From positions 125,736,001 through 125,800,000 of the forward strand of contig JBITNC010000001.1 of the NCBI GenBank assembly GCA_050084985.1: 64,000 bases of DNA. The letters run 5' to 3'. Origin of the DNA: Nageia nagi (Eukaryota > Plantae > Pinophyta). Shown one piece after another: positions 13,860 through 28,170 of the stretch; position 1 is the stretch's first letter, and every line of letters begins with the position of its first letter. Under the pieces are notes generated by a model, which saw only the letters and a list, made by a program, of their open reading frames with translations, did not search any database and was not told the origin of the DNA. The translations under genes and the position numbers were made by a program.

Positions 13860-16800
13860 TGCTATCCATAATCATATCAATATTAGGTAATGGGAAATCA
13901 TTTTTAGGACAAGCATTATTAATATCTCAAAAGTTAGTGCAAACATTATTTTCCCAATTGGTTTTGTGAAGGGAACAATGTTAGCCATCCAATCAAAATA
14001 ATTAATTGGTATAGTAAATCTAACATTCAAATACTTCTCTATTTCTTTCTTGACTAACAAGCTTTTGAAGGATGCATTTTTCTTGGCTTTTTCTTGATTT
14101 TCTTAGTCCTCCTTTTAAGTGGTAAATTATGAATAACAAATGTAGGATCCAAACTAGGCATATCATTATAAGACCAAGAAAATTTTTTGTGATGTTCAAT
14201 GAATTTATTTTTGTACCTTTCATGTTTTGGTGCAGGGAGGGTTGCTCTAATTTGAACCAATTTTTTCTCATTAGTAGTACCGATATTAACATTCAATAAT
14301 TCTTCCATTGGAAAGGTAAACTCATCTTTCTTTTGCAATAGAAAAGGTAATTCCTCTAATCCTTGTATGTCATATATAACATTATTCTCTTGATGAACCT
14401 AAAACACTTAATTGAAATTCACCTCTTGACCACAATATGCATATTCATTTAGAACATAACTAACTTGCCTCTTTTCATTAGACTTAGGAAACTCTAAATG
14501 TGCCCTCAATTATTCTAAAATATCATCATTAGTACTGAAGTAATCAAATTCTAAAGGGATAATATTATCAATCCACATATATCTATCAATATCATTAGAT
14601 AATTCAATCAAATTGTATTCCTTCACAAACTTAATAGGTCCCAATGCTTGTTTAGTATTTTTTTTCACTTTCCAATCCATTTTTAGTTAGCTGTGCTTTT
14701 GAATTATTAGGAAATGAAGGCATTCATTGGTCAAACTTCCCTAATCCTCCCATTGTACTTGCAATTTTGAATCATATATTTATGAACAAAAGGAGATGTA
14801 AAGAGTTTACCCATTTTAGTAGTTTTTTAGACTTCTATTGATTTGTTAGTACTAGGTGATGCAGATGTGACATAATAAGATCCTTCTCCATCTCTACTAT
14901 TTTCATGCCATTGATAGACCTCTAGGAATAAAGCACACCATTTATGGCCCTTTATAGATAAAATTTTAGGTCTTCCCAAATATTTAACAGATGCAAATAA
15001 ATCCACATTCTCAATTTTGTATGCATCCATTCAAATTTTTGTAATCTAAGTTTATTTTTTTACATTTACTCCCAATGCAGTTTGTTCCAAGGGCTCAATC
15101 TCATATCTTGGATAAGTCATTGTAAATTCCTCAAAATATGATGTATTATAGAAAGCATATGGCTTTGAATCACCAAGCACTATATGGACCTCACCTTGAA
15201 ATTCAAACTTTAATCTATCATGTACTATAAATGGGATTGCATCCATATCATGAATTCAAGGTCTTCCCAATAACAAATTATATGATAATTTGGAATTAAT
15301 AACCTAAAATTTACCTATAATTATCCTTACTCCTATAGTTACCATAATTGTGGCTATCCTGACTAGTGTTTTAGATGAGCTATCATATGCCGTAATCTTG
15401 AATGTATCTTCTCCTAATGGAGGGATTTCTACATCTTTTTCTTTCAGTTGAATAAAAAACTTATGGGAACATACATTAAAAGCTAATCCATTATCTACCA
15501 ATGTTCTTTTTATTTCCCATACATCAATCATAGGTGTAATATATAAAGCTAAACACTCATCAAGTAACTCGTTATTAAGTTTTTCATATTTGTAAAAAGG
15601 GTTAACATCACATTCCTTAATAGTTCTTAGCTTTTTAGAGAACATAGTATTAGACATGTTTGTAGGGACTACATACTTTTTGAATAAATAATATAAGATC
15701 TCCTTATGTATTTTATATTTGGATATAAGATCATATAAAATAATCTTTGTAGGAGTAGTTTTTAATTTCTCAATCATACTATATGTCTTTAGATCAGGTG
15801 GGATACTACTTGTTCTATAGTGATGGATTGGGAAGCATGCCTTGGACACCCTATTCTTAACCAGCACAAAATTTTTTCCACTAAATTGTATTCATTTATT
15901 TCTTATTTGCATCTATTTATCAATTTGATACTTTCCTTTAGCAATAAGATCCAATATAGGTTCCTCTAATGCTTTGAAAAAATTCATAGCATGACCCTTC
16001 CTTTGATCAAATGTGCAATAAGCATCTGATTTCCCAATGGGAACATTAATCATCTTGTGTTGAGATTTACATTAGCTACAATAATCTCTTTTTCATTATA
16101 TCCCTCATAATAAATCTTGGTTGAATTGGAAAAGTGTACCTCACTTTTTTTGTAGTGGAGATCTTTGTAAACTTTCGTGGAAAGTAGTTCTATCAGCCAT
16201 ATGTACTATTTTTTCTTCCTTTTTAGCATATGTATTTCTATTATCCTTATGCAAATGATTAGGTGCATACTTCAACTCCCCTAACTCAAGTAAGATTTTT
16301 TCTTTTTAATTAATTCTTGTATCATTACTCCAAATCCCACATTTTTGTTACTAGGAGCATGTAAATTGATAATTGGTAAGATAGAATCTCTAAATATAGA
16401 CAAATTTCATTTTCATCTAATTTTTTTAAATTCCATACCTTTTTAAATAATGGAATATACTTTCTTAGGTTTTCATTACCCCTAGGTCTCATTAGCATAA
16501 ATCGTAATGTGCTTTAGTTCTTTGATGTTGTGTTTGTATAGTACCATAAATAATTTGACCAATGACTTGAAAGAATCAATTGAACACTAGGTAAATTATA
16601 GAACCAATGAATAGCATCACATTTCATCTCCTTTGGAATAATTTTACCATAAACTTATCCTTTGACCCTAATTTCAAGAAGCACTCCTCTTAAAGCTAAT
16701 AAGATGTTTTTGGGTCTTTTTCACCACTAAACATCTCAAACTTGGAGGCCTTGTGCTCGGTGGTAAGGGAAAATTATGGATCTTCCCAGATAAGGGTGAG

Positions 16801-17000
16801 ATGAATACACCATCATAGTCCTCTTCTTTGGATATGAGCTCCTATTATTTTCAAGATTGGTAAGTCATGTAATGTGATGGGATTTGGAACTATCATGAGC
16901 TATTGGTACTATTGAATGTGTTTATTTTCTTTTCCATTTTTCCTATTTTGCTAAGAACTTCCTTCATAAATTATTCCATTTTTACATCATTATGGTCAAA
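13860..17000 (-). pseudogene. Tat gag - protease - RT N-terminus remnant
   Basis: IKRTLVDNGLAFNVC (protease), FSWSYNDMPSLDP, WMANIVP, NNACPKNDFPLPNID (RT). Confidence 0.85.
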
Positions 17001-17098
17001 ATATAGCTAAAATTTCCAATGATGGTGCATACCTATTACAAAACTTCTCAGAGATATCATCAAGGAGAAGGATAAATTAACAAATGTGTTCACCAAAA

Positions 17099-17721
17099 TG
17101 TAAATCCAAAATAGTGCATAAATCATAAATCAATGCACTATTTGTCTAAATATATTTATTGAAGCAATATATCATAAATATGGCATCAAAGGAAAAATAT
17201 AATCAATGTATCTTCATTGCATCATATAAATATAAATAAAGAGACCATTCATAAACCATCATATTGCATTCATGAAGATGCATGCTAGCCAATACATAAA
17301 GATACCACACCTAGCTATGTGGATTAAGTAGATTGATGAATGGAATAAAGATATATCAAAATGAGATGAAGGGTTTAAATATTATGAAGAGGTGGTGTTA
17401 CAAAACACCATTTTTGGTAGTATAGAGTGATCTTGCATTTTTTGAAGTCTCTCTTAGAATTTATAATGCCCTTGCATGATGATCTTTGTTTGCCTTTGAT
17501 GTGTCTTTATAGCAACATCTTGGCTTCTTATTCTTAATGATCATTGCACATTACATATCTTGTGGTATCTTTCTTGATATTTGAAACATTTTACATTTAC
17601 AATGGTCCATTACATTTATTACATTACCTTGGGTATATTTTAACCTCTTTTTATAATAAATATAATTGATGCTATAAAATGAATTATTTAATAAATAATA
17701 ATTCATTTTTAGGTGTCTACA
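17099..17721 (-). repeat. 5' LTR of Tat element
   Basis: TGTAAATCC...GTCTACA. Confidence 0.9.
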
Positions 17722-19247
17722 ATGGGTTATAGGATCTAATGAGAGGTCTAATTGAAGCATTTGAGCCTCCATCATTAGAAAATGATACTAAGAGAAAATT
17801 AATATTGAAAGGTTCCAACACCATCCAAATCAATAATTTAGGAGCACCATCACATAGATCAATTTAGCATGAACATCAAGGTCATTTTTAGAAAAAGGAT
17901 CATAAGATAGGAAAATAATATTTCGTTCTAAGAAACCCCAAACTTAAAAAGGGATGCAATCATAAGAGAAGAGTTGAAAAAAATAAACTTTATTTCTCTT
18001 GTAGGAACCTTTGGAGAAAGGAAATTAATTACTAATGAAAGGCATAATATTTCCACATTGAAATTAGAGAAGAAGAGTCTGATGAAGAAATATGAGAGAA
18101 TAATTCAAAAGAAACATGCCAAATGAAATTAGGACATTGAAAGTTCTTTGGCTAATTGAAATGGTGTATCACAAATTTCTACCATAAAGGTAGAATAAGA
18201 GGTGGATAAGGATAAGATCTTAGTATTATTAATAGGGAAGCCACTAATAATTTCATTAACAAAGAGTTTGTGAAGAAGGGTTTCAAATAGAAGTGTTTAA
18301 AGGTTGGTAGTAGGAAATGGAAATATTTAATATTGCAATAAGTATGTGGAGAAGTTAAGAATAAGTTTGGGAGGCTATTTTATGATCAATGCCTTCTACA
18401 TATTTCCTTTAGGAGGATTACCTCATTTAGTGTTAGGTGTACAATAGTTGTACTCATTGGGAGAAATCACTTCCAATTACAAGATGTTTTATACGAAATC
18501 AAGGAAAGATAAGTTCTAGTACAATTGACCAAGAGAATGAAGGTAATTCATAAAGTGTGATAGTCCATATAAAAAAAAGGTATGATTATTTTAAGTGATG
18601 AAAAATCCATTGATCATCTCAATTTTTGACCAATGAGGAGTCACTTAGCTTGGTGCATTCAAGCACTTGTTGTAGCCACATGTGATAAGGTATGTTTCAG
18701 CCATATATTATTATTATAGTTTACTTTTAGGATATTATAAGGAAGATGGGGTATTTGATGAGATTTTAGTTAATATGATTGATGAAATTTGATTGAAAAT
18801 AATTGGAAAACCTATACATAAGTTGGTTGATTTTATATATGCTTATTTTCAAGACATGTGGGATAGAGATGATGGAAAGTATATATGTAGACCAAAGTTT
18901 TTTGATTTCCATCTATTTCTCATTATCATTTATAAAATGATCTTCATTACTATTGCTAGCTTCATCAAAATGTTGCATTGTACAACCTTAGGAAATTAAG
19001 AGAAATTAGAAATTCTACATTATAAATACAATTGGTACAACCTTTGGATAGTCTTGATAAGATAAAAGAGGTCTAATATTCATTAAATTAGATCTTGTAT
19101 ATATAAATCATGTATATTACATTTCATATTTTGCATCAATACAATTAGGTCTGACATTGTTTTCCTTTTTTCCATTTGATTTTTCTCATGTATAACTATG
19201 ATATATTAACAACATGGGCATTTTTGAGTTCTCATGATATCTTCTTG

Positions 19248-22200
19248 TATAATGATCCATTTTTTAGGGTTCTATTCATGATTAATTTATTACCTTAATA
19301 TTTTGACTCATGAAGTGAGATATCTGTCTTGTATAGGATTTAATATGATTTTTAGCCTTTTTAGTAACTTTGCAATATTTAGAAAGTAATATCTAGCCAT
19401 ATGGAAATGTATGTTCAAAATTGGATGCAAAAATTCTACAATTGAGCATTAAAAATGGAAATCCCTCTTCTAAGGGTACATAGGAGTTATTTAATATTTT
19501 TATTTTGAGTTTTGGATACCCTTGGATAAATTTTTGTATTTTTTGATCTCACTTAAATATGCCAAAGTGGGATGCCCTTTGACATGGTATTATGAGACCC
19601 CATATTGTAATTTTCTAAATCCAAGGTTAAGTTATAATGAGTGGGTAAAGTCATATAATTATAATTTTTCTATTCAAGGAAAAATTAGGTCAACCATCCA
19701 TATCATATTCTTATAGTATCCTATAAAAGGAGGAGGAGCACACCATTTAAGTTAGGCTTGCTTTAATATTTTAATGGCAGGAGCTCTCATTTCCTCTTGC
19801 AACTAGAAGGGATGTACTTGAGGCTTAGAATTTCTCTTGTCTTATCCAAATGCTATATGGAGGTATACCATTCTTCTTGTATTATTTGAATAGTATTTAG
19901 AGCTCTAGCATTCCTCTCAGATTATTCAACTATCATCATGACTACTATGAAGTCTTAGAATACATCAGGGATATAATCCATCCTTACTATTATTGTGCTC
20001 CTCTATTAATATGGAGATACACTTGAGATCTATATTACTAGTGATGGGATTCAATATTTATAAGTTTTTCCAACTTGGAGAGTCCATTCTTAGGGGTTAG
20101 ATACCCATTCAGTTTCTTATATAGAGATTTGATATGTTACTTATGGTTCTTGAGTTTGATAACAATGTCAAATATGCATTAAGAGAGCCATATTGATATT
20201 ATGTCACATAAAGGAGGTATTTTGGTTCTTTTCATCATTCTTTATCCTTCCAATAGGTCATCCACCTGTTAAAGAGCATCAAATCCATATTTTGGGGTTC
20301 TTGGGTTGAAATCTAGTCCCTATGTCCAGGATGTCTTACTCTAGGGCACACTTTTTGCTTTAGAGATACTTGTAATACATTTATTTTAGCCCATTTGAAT
20401 ATTTTGTATTTAAGATATATTTATGTTCATTATTTAGTTATAATTTTATGATCTAGTGATTAGATATTGGACACATACTTTTGGTGATTGTATTTTTAGT
20501 ATTCTATACCCTTTATTACTTTTTTCCATTTTTGGAGTAATTTAGGAGCACTTAAAATATTTTATTAATCATAGTAAAAGTTTAATTTATTTTAAAAAAA
20601 TTAATTAGAGAATAATTTGGGTATATTTGAACTATTTGAAATATATTGGAATTTTAGGACTTAATTGTAGAATTTATTGGGCAATTTTAGATGAGTTGTA
20701 GTTCAACTCCTTATAGTGGTATTAAAGCCTCAATTTTTCCAACCTATTGGGAAGATATCCAATAGACATTGATTGGAGCTTGAGGTTTTATAGTGGTTAT
20801 AAGGTTTTTGATGGTAGTAGATATATTTATAGTGATATTGGAAAATTGCATTAGAGGATTTGATATGAGGATTTTATAGTGAAATTATAATGGTATTCAT
20901 ATTTGGATATGGTTAGTTGGAATTGAGAAGTGAGTTGTTGAATTTTAGATGAGATTTAGTATTCAATTTTTGATATTTAAGTCATCATAGTGGAGCACTT
21001 ATCTTTGGGGATTGCTTTAAAGTAACCATACATTTAAATCTATTTCCTTAAGCAAGTTGTCCCACACTTAGAGGTATTTTTCATCATATTTGGGGTTTCC
21101 ACTTGGTATATTTTGATTTTAAATTTTTTTTGGAGTTAATTTTAGATATTAAGAGGTGAAAATAGGGTTTTATAATTTTAGGGAGTCCTAATTTTACTCT
21201 TAGAGAGTTGGAAACCCTCCTTGAGGGTGATATCCAATTTTGAAGGCTTAGTAGAGTATATTTGGCTTCAATTGAATGTCATTTCAGCATATGCATCATG
21301 AGATACATCACAACAACCATAGGAGAAATAGAAGGCAAGAAAAAAGTGAGATTGGTGGAATAAAAGATAGATACCATGATTAATTTGATGTATAAATTGT
21401 TAATTAAGATGGATGAGAATACTTCTAATAGGGATGCCACACTAGAAAGTGAAAGAATAATTAATTATTCACATGCTCCACTCCCATGTCATAGTAAACC
21501 CCTATTCACTCAAAAAGAGACACCATATTCAAATCAAGAAACTATAGAGATGGATTTCATATTGCAAGAGTATTTGGATAAGCCAAAATAATTTTGGATG
21601 ACCATACATTTTCATACATATCAAGAGATGATGAGGCAAAATGATGAAAAAACTTCTAGTCCTTTTGAAAGGAAAGACATTCAATAGAAAATAATTTCTT
21701 TTTTCAAAGATATTTGAACTATTTGAGTGTATTTCAATAGATTATATGCAATTTTATGGGTGTTTATGAAACTATGAGACTCTATTATTGAATGCATTCT
21801 TGCCTTGAGTTGTAGAACTGAGCTTAGCATTGAATTACTTATGGGATAGAGATGATGAAAACTATGAATGTAGTCTAAATTTTGTTGATTTACCTCCACT
21901 TCTCAATATATTTTGGAAAAATATCTTAATTACTATTGTTGGCTTGGTCAAAATTTTGCATTGTAGAACCTTACGAAATGAAGAGAAACTAGGAACAACT
22001 GCACTATAAACATTGATAAAACCCTGGGATATCTTGAGAAGAGAAAAGTAGGTCTGATATCATTAAATAAGGTCTAATATACATATAATTAGGTCTATTA
22101 TAGTACAAATTTTGTATTAGTATAACCTTAAAGTAGATTTGCAGCATGATTTTGATAATTTGGGAAAGAGTTTGTAAGGTAGAATTAATTCTTCATGACA

Positions 22201-23806
22201 CTCCTTAGTATTTTATGGCAACAAAAATGCTAGATATATTTTTGCATGATAAGTACATAACTAATAGTTCTAACACTCAAGATGGTGTTTGAAGGAGTTG
22301 AGTTGCATAACTTGAACTGCTTGAGGATAACCAATTTGGGGAGAACAGTATTGTAAATGATCAATTTTTGAGGGTCTCATTCATAAGAAGTTTATTACCT
22401 TAATATTTTGACTCATATTGTGGTACATCCCTCTTTTAGGAGGATTTAATGTAATTTTAAGCATTTTAGTAACTTTGTAATATTTAGAAAATATTATCTA
22501 ACCATATGAAGATGTATGTTACAATTTGGGTGCAAAAATGCTACAATTGAGTACTCAAGATGGGATATCCTTATTCTATGGGCACTTAGGAGTGATTTAA
22601 TAATTTTATTTTGAGTTTTGGACATCCTTGGATATTTTTTTATATTTATAGATCTCATTTAATTATCCTAGGATGGAGTTCCCCTTTTGAGGTGGCATTA
22701 TAAGATCCCATATTGTAATTTTGTAAATCCAAGGTTAAGTTTAATGGGTGGATCAATTAATTATTATAAGTTATCTATTAAAGGTAAAAGTATATCATAC
22801 AACCATATCATATTCATGTAGTCTCTTATTAAAGGATTAGGAGCACACAATTTGTGGCAAACTTGATTTGATATTTTCATGGGAATGTGCTCTCATTTCC
22901 TCTTTCAACCATTAGAGAGGTACTTGAGGCCTAGCATTCCTCTTACCTTATTCAACTACTATATGGAGGTATCAAATTCCTCTTGGATTATTTGACTATT
23001 ATCTTATGATCTAACATTCCTCTTGTATTATTCAACTACCACCATTTTTATTGTAGAGTCCTAGAATCCATCGTGGATTCACTCCATCATTACTGTTTCT
23101 AAGATACACTATTGCTACTGAGATTCATAGGAGATTTATACCACTAATGTTGGGATTCACTCTTGTTGCAGTTTTTCAAACTTGGAGGAGGTTATTATTG
23201 GATCCTGGGTATGCATTTTCATTTTCTTAGAGAGGGCACATCATTATTGAAGGTTCCTAAGTTTGATAGTATTATTAGATCTACATTCATAGAGCCATAC
23301 TACTAGGAAGTCACATCAAGGAGGGTATTTTGGTTTCTCATCATGCTTTAATCTTACAAGAGATCATCCACCTCTTAAATAACATTTGATCCATCTTTTT
23401 GCGTTCTTGGATTGAGATCTAGTCCCCTTGGCTAAGATTCTCACTCTACAACACACTTCTTTCTTCAGAGAGGCTTGTACTAATTTATTTTAGCCTATTT
23501 GATCATTTTGATATTTAATTATATTTATGGTTTTTATTGAGTCATATTTATATGATCAAGTGATTGATATAGGACACATGCTTTTGGTGATTTTTTTTTT
23601 TCAATATTTTATACCCTTTCTTAGTTCATCCAATTTTGAAGCAATTTAGGAAAAATTTGAATAATTTATTAAGCATGGTAGAGTTTTCTCTATTTTTGAA
23701 AAATTAATTAATGCATGATTTAAGTATATTTGAGCTATTTAGAATTCATTATAATTTTAGAAATTAATTGAGCATTTTTAGATTATCCCTAGTTCGACTC
23801 ATTACA
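19248..23806 (+). mobile_element. Complete non-autonomous LTR element (about 1.46-kb LTRs; partial gag; no pol)
   Basis: LTRs at 19248-20715 and 22352-23806. PBS TGGTATTAAAGC at 20717. PPT-like TTTGGGGAGAACAGTAT at 22335-22351. Exact TSD TCTTG at 19243-19247 and 23807-23811. Confidence 0.9.
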
Positions 23807-23811
23807 TCTTG

Positions 23812-24900
23812 AGGTATGAATGTATTTATGAATATTTAAAATATTCCTTTTTAACAAGTCACCATTCATGAAAGTGAATATTTAATAATGGTATCAATAG
23901 TCAATGCTAGTTTACCTTGAAGATCTAAATCAAACTCTTCTTTTTAGAGATCAAGTACCACATATTCTCTTAGACTCATTAAATATTACCTTATTAGAAA
24001 ATACCAAAATATGATGTAGATAATTGATTGGATGACTAGTACTTCTCTTGACTATCTCGTTTATTACCTAAACCCATATCGTGAGTTATTTAAATCAATG
24101 GTCAATACATTTTTAACAAGAAATATTTGAGCATTTATCTTGATCAATCACCAACTTTTTATATCATGATAATGGAACTACTATAATTTTAAGTAATTTA
24201 CATATTTAAAAATATAAAAGTAAATTATAATGCATATATTATAAGGGGTTTTAGATTCTCTACCTTTAATCCACATCAATTTTATGGAAGACATCTTCAT
24301 TATGCATCTCAAAATGCTTAATAACCTTCTATCTCCTTTAAACATAGACTACTTGGTTAAGCTTTATATTGTTTATCAATAGATTTACTAAGAATTAAAT
24401 GAAGATATCAATTGTATTAAGTTAAGATTCTAATATAAGTTGTCAAAAGCATAAGTAGATTATATTATATTAGGTGTAAGTGCTATATGAGAATGTATGA
24501 ATTATTTTTAGTTATGGGTAAGTCTTCCTTAACATCAACAAGATCATTTCAAACATTAAATTAGGATGTCATTCAAGTACTTGATCATCATAATTTACTT
24601 TTAGTACTTCAATACTAGGTCTAGATAATTATGCTTAGTTATAGCATAGTATTCTCAATTTATGCTTTATATTCTTTTAGATAGTAGTCCTATTGCAAAC
24701 AAATATAAATATTACATCTTTAAGTATTTTTACATATTGTTGGTTCTTCTAATAGTATTGAGTATCATTTGATATGAGACCTTGATTTTGTCTTATATTT
24801 TTAGCTCTTGAATTTCATTATACAATAACATGACTCATCTTTGAACTCCTTTAGCTTGTTAAATTGGAAGGGAATTACAAAAATAAAATAGGGACACAAA
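23812..24900 (-). pseudogene. Heavily decayed Ty1/copia integrase-RT fragment (continues at about 19150-19242 on the other side of the insertion)
   Basis: The minus strand near 23850-23880 reads FTFMNGDLL (compare copia AFLNGDL). The remainder is barely translatable. Confidence 0.5.
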
Positions 24901-25420
24901 TTATCATTGATATTTCATATATATTGTATTTAATTATATCTTATCTATAGTTTTTTTATCCTTTCAAGTAATCAATGATTACTTTATATTATTTATTTTC
25001 AAATTCAATAAGTTTTATAATCAACTCATCTAAAAGAAAAATGAAGTATAATTATTTCCTTAACAAAACTTAAGTACTAAATAACAAATAATTTCTTATT
25101 TTATAAATAAATATAATTATAATCAAATACTAAATAAAATTTTATTAAATTATATTTTAAATATTTAACTAAATTTATTTCCCTAGCTAATTTTTAACAA
25201 ATGATCCACACATGATCAAAATAAGCATGCCAAACAAGGTGACGACTCCATGGGAAGTCATTTCCATGCTAATACTATAGCACTTCTATAGATCAAACTG
25301 CCAAAGACCATTGATAATAGGACTTGTGGACGATGGAGATTGAAAAATTCTCAAATAATCAAGTTAAAACTATGGAGCATTCAGGGTGGTGCATGCGTGT
25401 TTTTTCAAACATTAAGAGCC

Positions 25421-26650
25421 ATGATTGGATAGAAGCGAACTAAGCCTGAAAGTGGAGATGAATTCAAGAAAGAACCATATTTTGGGAAATATTGTGCAAT
25501 GGGGGAATCAAAGGCTTCGTAGAGATCTTAGATGGGCACAATGTGGTCCAAGTAGGTTGTTGATTCTTGGGAGGAGGGTCAAGTAGAAGTTAATGACCAT
25601 CAATTCTATATTAATGTGGAGAGGATCTCGTAGGCTATGGGTATGGCTAATGAAAGGGTACAATATTATAGAGACATCCTCTCAACCATCAAGGAGGTAT
25701 AAAAATTCCTTGATCTAGGTTAACTAGTGCCCAAGAGATGTGTTTCAACCTCCATGGTGGTAGACATTTCATACCCATAGAATGAAGATGCCAGCGTCTT
25801 GGTGAAATTTTCACCCTAGAAGGGAGACATTCAGAGATTAGTGGTTTCCATTTCCCCTTGTTGGCTCACTTCAGAGGGAAATTAGAGGTAAACCTACCTT
25901 GCTTCAAGTTTCATTTGATGGACTCTTTCATCCCTAGAAATAGGGGTGCATGCCTCTCCATTAGTGCTTGATTAAAATTCTTATCAATTTCTCAACGGGG
26001 AGGAGGTGCTGGGGGAGATGAATTATCCCTTTGAAAAATGGTTCCTACAGAGCTACAACCAGAGGATTCTTCACTTGCCCAACATCACCCAAAATTCCCT
26101 TCTTCCCCTCTTGCCTAACATCCAACGATAGATGTAGATTTGCCAGAGGTGGCTTGGGCTTCACCAATTAAACAATTTGATGACTGTAATGTCTCTAAGC
26201 TAGTATAGCTAGCTAAAGATCCTATAAATATGATAGAGGAAAGTTCACCTACAGAGGAGGAAACCTCAACTTTAAAAATCCTAACAACGATGACTGAATC
26301 AAAACCAGGACCTACCCAATCAAAAGGAAGTTATTTATAGAAAATGTTGTTTAAATTCTTCTTCGACATCATGAAATGGGGGAACTTGGAGGAATGGGAA
26401 AATATTAGGAATCTTAGTGTTGTAATTTGGAAGCATTAGGATGATGATTTTATAACCAAAAAGAAACAAGCTAAGGTATCTATAGACATACATCGTGATG
26501 TGATCCTAGAAGCAATTCTAGTTCACACAGAGGAGGGCTTCACATAAACAAAGCTGCCAATTTCTTGGTGTATCTTTGACATCCAAAAGAGAACTACAAA
26601 GGTACTCAAACACTAGAGCCTAGATAAGCATGCTTTTATCTAGATGGTAG
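25421..26650 (+). pseudogene. Decayed plant-transposon accessory ORF of the type found in gymnosperm LTR elements
   Basis: MIG*KRTKPE...WEILCNGGIKGFVEILDGHN...DSWEEGQVEVNDHQFYINVERIS*AMGM...FTLEGRHSEISGFHFPLLAHFRGKLEVNLP. Family recognised from memory, not searched. Confidence 0.6.
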
Positions 26651-26982
26651 AACCTAAGAGCATGCAAATGATTGACATGACATATCACACCAAAATATTT
26701 AATCATTTTTATTTGGAATATGTATTGAATGTTCAAATCTTAAAAATAAAAAATGTAAGATAGATTTTTGAAACCCTATATAAATAATTCCCTTTAATAA
26801 ATTTACCCATACAAAAAAAAGAAAATCTAAAATTAACAAGTTTGAAAAAATATTATTTTTTAATTAATAATATTATTTTTCAAACTTTGCATTCATTTGG
26901 AATACTGCAGGATCTCTACATTAATTTGCATTGCTTGTAGTTGTCATTTCGCCGCCTTTGGCGGTAGCTATTTGGGTTAAGA

Positions 26983-28170
26983 ATGACTTCGATAGCGGTT
27001 GATGGTATGAGTGATGATGATCGAGAAACATCTAAGGAAATTTCTTCTGAAGATCAAGCACGAGGTACCTCTTTTGTTCCTAAGCTTTTGTTTCCTGTAA
27101 GTGAGTTCAATTCTGCATGTCAATGGTTTGAGTCTCATACCTTGGTTGGGTACTTTTTGGGTCGTATTCCCAATGATTCTATGCTGCGTACTTGGGTTCA
27201 ACAGGTTTGGGGCCCATATGGTATTAAAGTAGAGAATGTCTGCAATTTGACTAAGGGTTTTTTTCTCTTTAGTTTTGCTGAAGTCTCTCAGGCATAGAAA
27301 GCCTTATCTAAAGGACCTTGGACAGTTTGAAATTCCCTGTTAATCCTTCAACCTTTTAATAGCCAGTTCTCTGTAGAATGAAATTTTGCAACGGAAGTCC
27401 CTGTTTGGATTGAGTTTCCAAACCTCCCTATTCCTATGTGGAGTTTTCTTAAACCCATGGCTGAGCAAATTGGAACTTTTGTGTGTTATGAGCCTGAACA
27501 TTTTTTCTCAGCTCGGCCTTCTTGCCGTGTTTGTGTTAGAATTGATATCACCAAGGATAGGCCAGAAGAAATTGAAATTGTTATTGGAAATGAATCTCTT
27601 ATGCAAAAAGTTTAGTATATTGGTTTACCTGACACATGTTTTCATTGTCAATCTTCCCTTCACAAGATTAGGGATTGCCCTTTCATGGCAAGCCAGCACA
27701 AAGCAAAATCACCTATCTCTATGGAGAAACTGACTGCATCAACTCAAAATCCTTCTAAAGGGGAGGAAGAATGGAAAATGGTTCCTATCCGTCATAACCG
27801 CCAATCTATTCCACAAGACTCTATCACTCAACCATCCCACCCTACTCCAGTTCCTTCCTTTGAAAGCCCTCCTAGTCCAGAAGTTATTATTGTGAATCAA
27901 AACCCCTCTTCCAATCAACCTATTCATAATGAATGGTCAAGACCTTTTGCTACGATTGTTGCTACTCCTTATTCCCAGGGTACAGAAGGAATTTTTGGTC
28001 ATAAAGTTGGTCAATCTTGTAGTCCCCAAAGAGGAGCTTATGAAGGACCTTTGGAGAAAAAATGTTAGGTTGATGAGCAAATTCGGAAGGGTAATGCATT
28101 TGCAGTTTTACAGGACATGGGTTCCATGGGGGATGATATGGATCTTCAAACCCTACATAATAACTCATGA
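26983..28170 (+). pseudogene. L1 ORF1 (DUF4283-type N-terminus, CX2CX4HX4C zinc knuckle)
   Basis: Single frame with in-frame stops: LVGYFLGR...WVQQVW...KGFFLF, GPW, VPVWIEFPNLP, CFHCQSSLHKIRDC, GNAFAVL. Confidence 0.9.

Larger units (their letters stand above)
12763..17721 (-). mobile_element. Internally deleted and rearranged Tat-lineage gypsy element with both LTRs
   Basis: LTR pair at 12763-13394 and 17099-17721 (TG...CA, about 630 bp). Reverse-complement PPT ttatgcccctattt follows 13394; PBS-like caccaaaa precedes 17099. ATGG is duplicated on both flanks. Confidence 0.88.
11080..19145 (+). mobile_element. Truncated gag-protease LTR element, interrupted in gag by the Tat element
   Basis: Partial LTR 11080-11408 matches 20390-20715. 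PBS at 11410. The leader matches 20730-21340. gag reads FMDG|L across the Tat insertion; protease at about 18200-18480. Confidence 0.75.
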
